Below, piece by piece: positions 62,211-64,000 of a stretch of DNA of 64,000 nt (the first letter of the stretch is position 1; each line of letters starts with the position of its first letter). Position numbers and translations under genes: made by a program. Source of the stretch: Octopus sinensis (Eukaryota); contig NW_021832611.1 of the NCBI RefSeq assembly GCF_006345805.1, forward strand, positions 363,925-427,924, read 5' to 3'. The notes beneath the pieces are model-generated. The model was given only the letters and a program-made list of their open reading frames with translations. It was not told where the DNA came from and did not search any database.

Positions 62211-63175
62211 ATTAAACAAAAAACAAAATCTTTCGGCCAAACGCTGACAAGAAAAATGAGAATTCTCTTTTTTATAGGATAAAATTTATATTTTCTGATT
62301 AAAATTCGGACGAGTATAATTATTACGAGAAGACATATGGTACAAATTTTATTAATAAAATTTAAATTTATTAAAAAAAATTTTGAAAAAAAAAATTATA
62401 GTACAAAAAAATTAAAATGTGTGGCCAATTTGAGAGTTGGCCATTTTGCAGAGTTTTTTCAATTTTCCAGAGGTAAATTGTTAAAAATGGCCAATTTGAG
62501 AGGTTTGAGTGTATTTAGTTCTCTTTGCAATAAAACTTTCAAAAGTGTCAACATTTTATGGGTAATTAGTTTCCTTACGTCTTTTTAATTATGACGGCTT
62601 CAAAGAGTTGTTTCCCATTATGACGTCGCATGCACTGCGCTTTATCGACGTTTTCAGATCCAGTATATTTGGTAAATCCATATGGACATGAGAATAAATC
62701 AATTTGCGATTGACAATTACAATCAAATAACAAAAACACATGGAATAAAATTAATTAAATATTCAAATGAATAAATAATTTTTTTGTCATAAAAATTAAT
62801 TGACCTTAACATATAACTATCAAAAATTTCTGAAATAAAACATGCTTCACGATTCGAATTTTTGATGATTTTCCGTTTGAAATCGAAGGATTCGGAGAAT
62901 TACTAAATAAACTAAACATTATTAATGTAGCTGATTAGGAAGAAATCCAAAAGATCGATATAGGAAAAATAGATCGGCTAATTGACAACAGCATTCTTAG
63001 CAATGACGAAGAATTGAAGGAATGTGAAATGGAAATAGAAGATACCGAAAATTTAAAAATTAAATTGGAAGATGCTGTGAATGCTTAGTTGCATTGAAAA
63101 CTATTGAAAACATACTAAACAAGGAACGGAGAAAAGAAAAAAACATTATTTGATTATTTAACTTCTGTTCCTAAA

Positions 63176-63505
63176 AATGTTCTCGAATAAAAACTTATTT
63201 TCTTTATTTTGACTAAAAAACATAATAAAATGACATTCAAGCTTTAAACCTCTTTTATCACCTCTTTTTTTGCAATTATTTTAGTTGGTCCCGTTGGTGG
63301 CAATAAGAAGAGGATTGACTGTATTAGATTATGTAACTGCTGTTCCTTAAAATATTCTCAAATAAAATTTATTTCCTTTATTTTGACTAAAAAACATGAT
63401 AAGATGTCACTCAAACTTGTAACTTCTTTTTTACCATCTCGCTTTTTTTTACTATTTTGGTCAATCCCGTTGGTGGCAATAAATAAAGGGTTGCCTGTAC
63501 TTCTT
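63176..63505 (+). repeat. Diverged tandem duplication, about 178-bp period, each copy ending in a Tigger-like terminus
   Basis: ttattttgactaaaaaacat..cccgttggtggcaataa..ctgTA occurs twice. Confidence 0.75.
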
Positions 63506-63596
63506 TGACTTTGGTCTCTTTCAGGTGCCAGATAGTGATGTTGTGGTGCGTACGTGTTAGAAATGCGGCTCTCTAAAAATTATAAAAGTAAAAAAT

Positions 63597-63641
63597 TGAC
63601 AACGATGGGATTCAAACCCACGTGGGAAAACCAAACAGATT
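63597..63641 (-). pseudogene. 3' half of a type-II tRNA (Ser-like)
   Basis: cgtgggtttgaatcccatcgttgtca plus oligo-T resembles the tRNA-Ser 3' end. The 5' half is replaced by a Tc1 fragment. Confidence 0.45.
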
Positions 63642-64000
63642 TTTTGGATTTGATGCTACTGTGAGCCAGTGCATTGTTTAACACAATAATAACTGAATCA
63701 CTATGTTTAATCCGTGCTCGACCCTCACAGATTGACCAATTTTGTGGCCAATTTGAAAAAATAAAATCTATAAAGTTTAAAAAAATTAGAAAATATTTTT
63801 TTAATGTCATAAATTAACAAAAAAACGTATTTAAGTTTTATTAAAATTAAATTCAATTCTTAATTGTTTTTTTATTTCTTTCATTTTCCGTGTATTTAAG
63901 GCATAATTCACAAAACAACCTAAAAATTGATTTTTCCGAAAGCACCTTTAGACTCTATTACCCCGTCCATTCAACTTCTCTTCAAGCTTTGGGAACTTCG

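Larger units (their letters stand above)
60222..63321 (+). mobile_element. Decayed Tigger/pogo element hosting several nested insertions (outer limits tentative)
   Basis: CENP-B-like N-terminus LILKEKIAIIEFF continues across the 60715 insertion into IPRNLKFQAIDSKLKEWV. C-terminal remains at 62.8-63.2 kb. Imperfect ends cagtcaaacct and gaggattgactg|TA. Confidence 0.5.

Noticed and set aside
61896-62240. Novel Tc1-CRE fusion protein
   Set aside because: The CRE part is out of frame with the DDE part and both are truncated; this is a junction artefact.
1-64000. Stop-codon reassignment explaining short ORFs
   Set aside because: Every conserved gene is restored by GT-AG introns and ends in TAA or TAG; Trp is TGG; TE stops behave as random decay.

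Overview
This is AT-rich eukaryotic nuclear DNA in the standard genetic code. The RBM15/spenito-type and GPD1-type genes point to an animal. Nine conserved host genes are recognisable (RPLP2, GPD1, USP36/42-like, KRI1, CWC15, EIF2B3, MPST-like, ITPA, RBM15) plus tRNA-Asn(GTT). They are split by very small GT-AG introns: 29 measured by hand are 23-32 nt, mode 27. That size matches what is reported for dicyemid mesozoans, but other reduced parasites such as myxozoans cannot be excluded, so the taxon is an inference. The genes form compact islands separated by stretches of nested transposon remains: pogo/Tigger, hAT (Buster/SPIN-like), FLYWCH-Mutator, Tc1/IS630, and CRE-, R4-, RTE- and Jockey/I-like non-LTR retroelements. 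Several insertions are resolvable to exact TIRs and TSDs. The most notable theme is transposons interacting with the tiny-intron spliceosome: (1) a near-intact Tigger and a hAT transposase each appear to carry a host-sized intron (31 and 27 nt); (2) the Tigger terminus plus its TA creates a new GT donor exactly 27 nt from an AG just before the MPST start codon; (3) a Mutator derivative forms a large inverted duplication resembling maize Mu killer; (4) CRE-like restriction-endonuclease retroelements insert at unrelated sites. All calls were made by eye with no database search. Boundaries of decayed elements are approximate.
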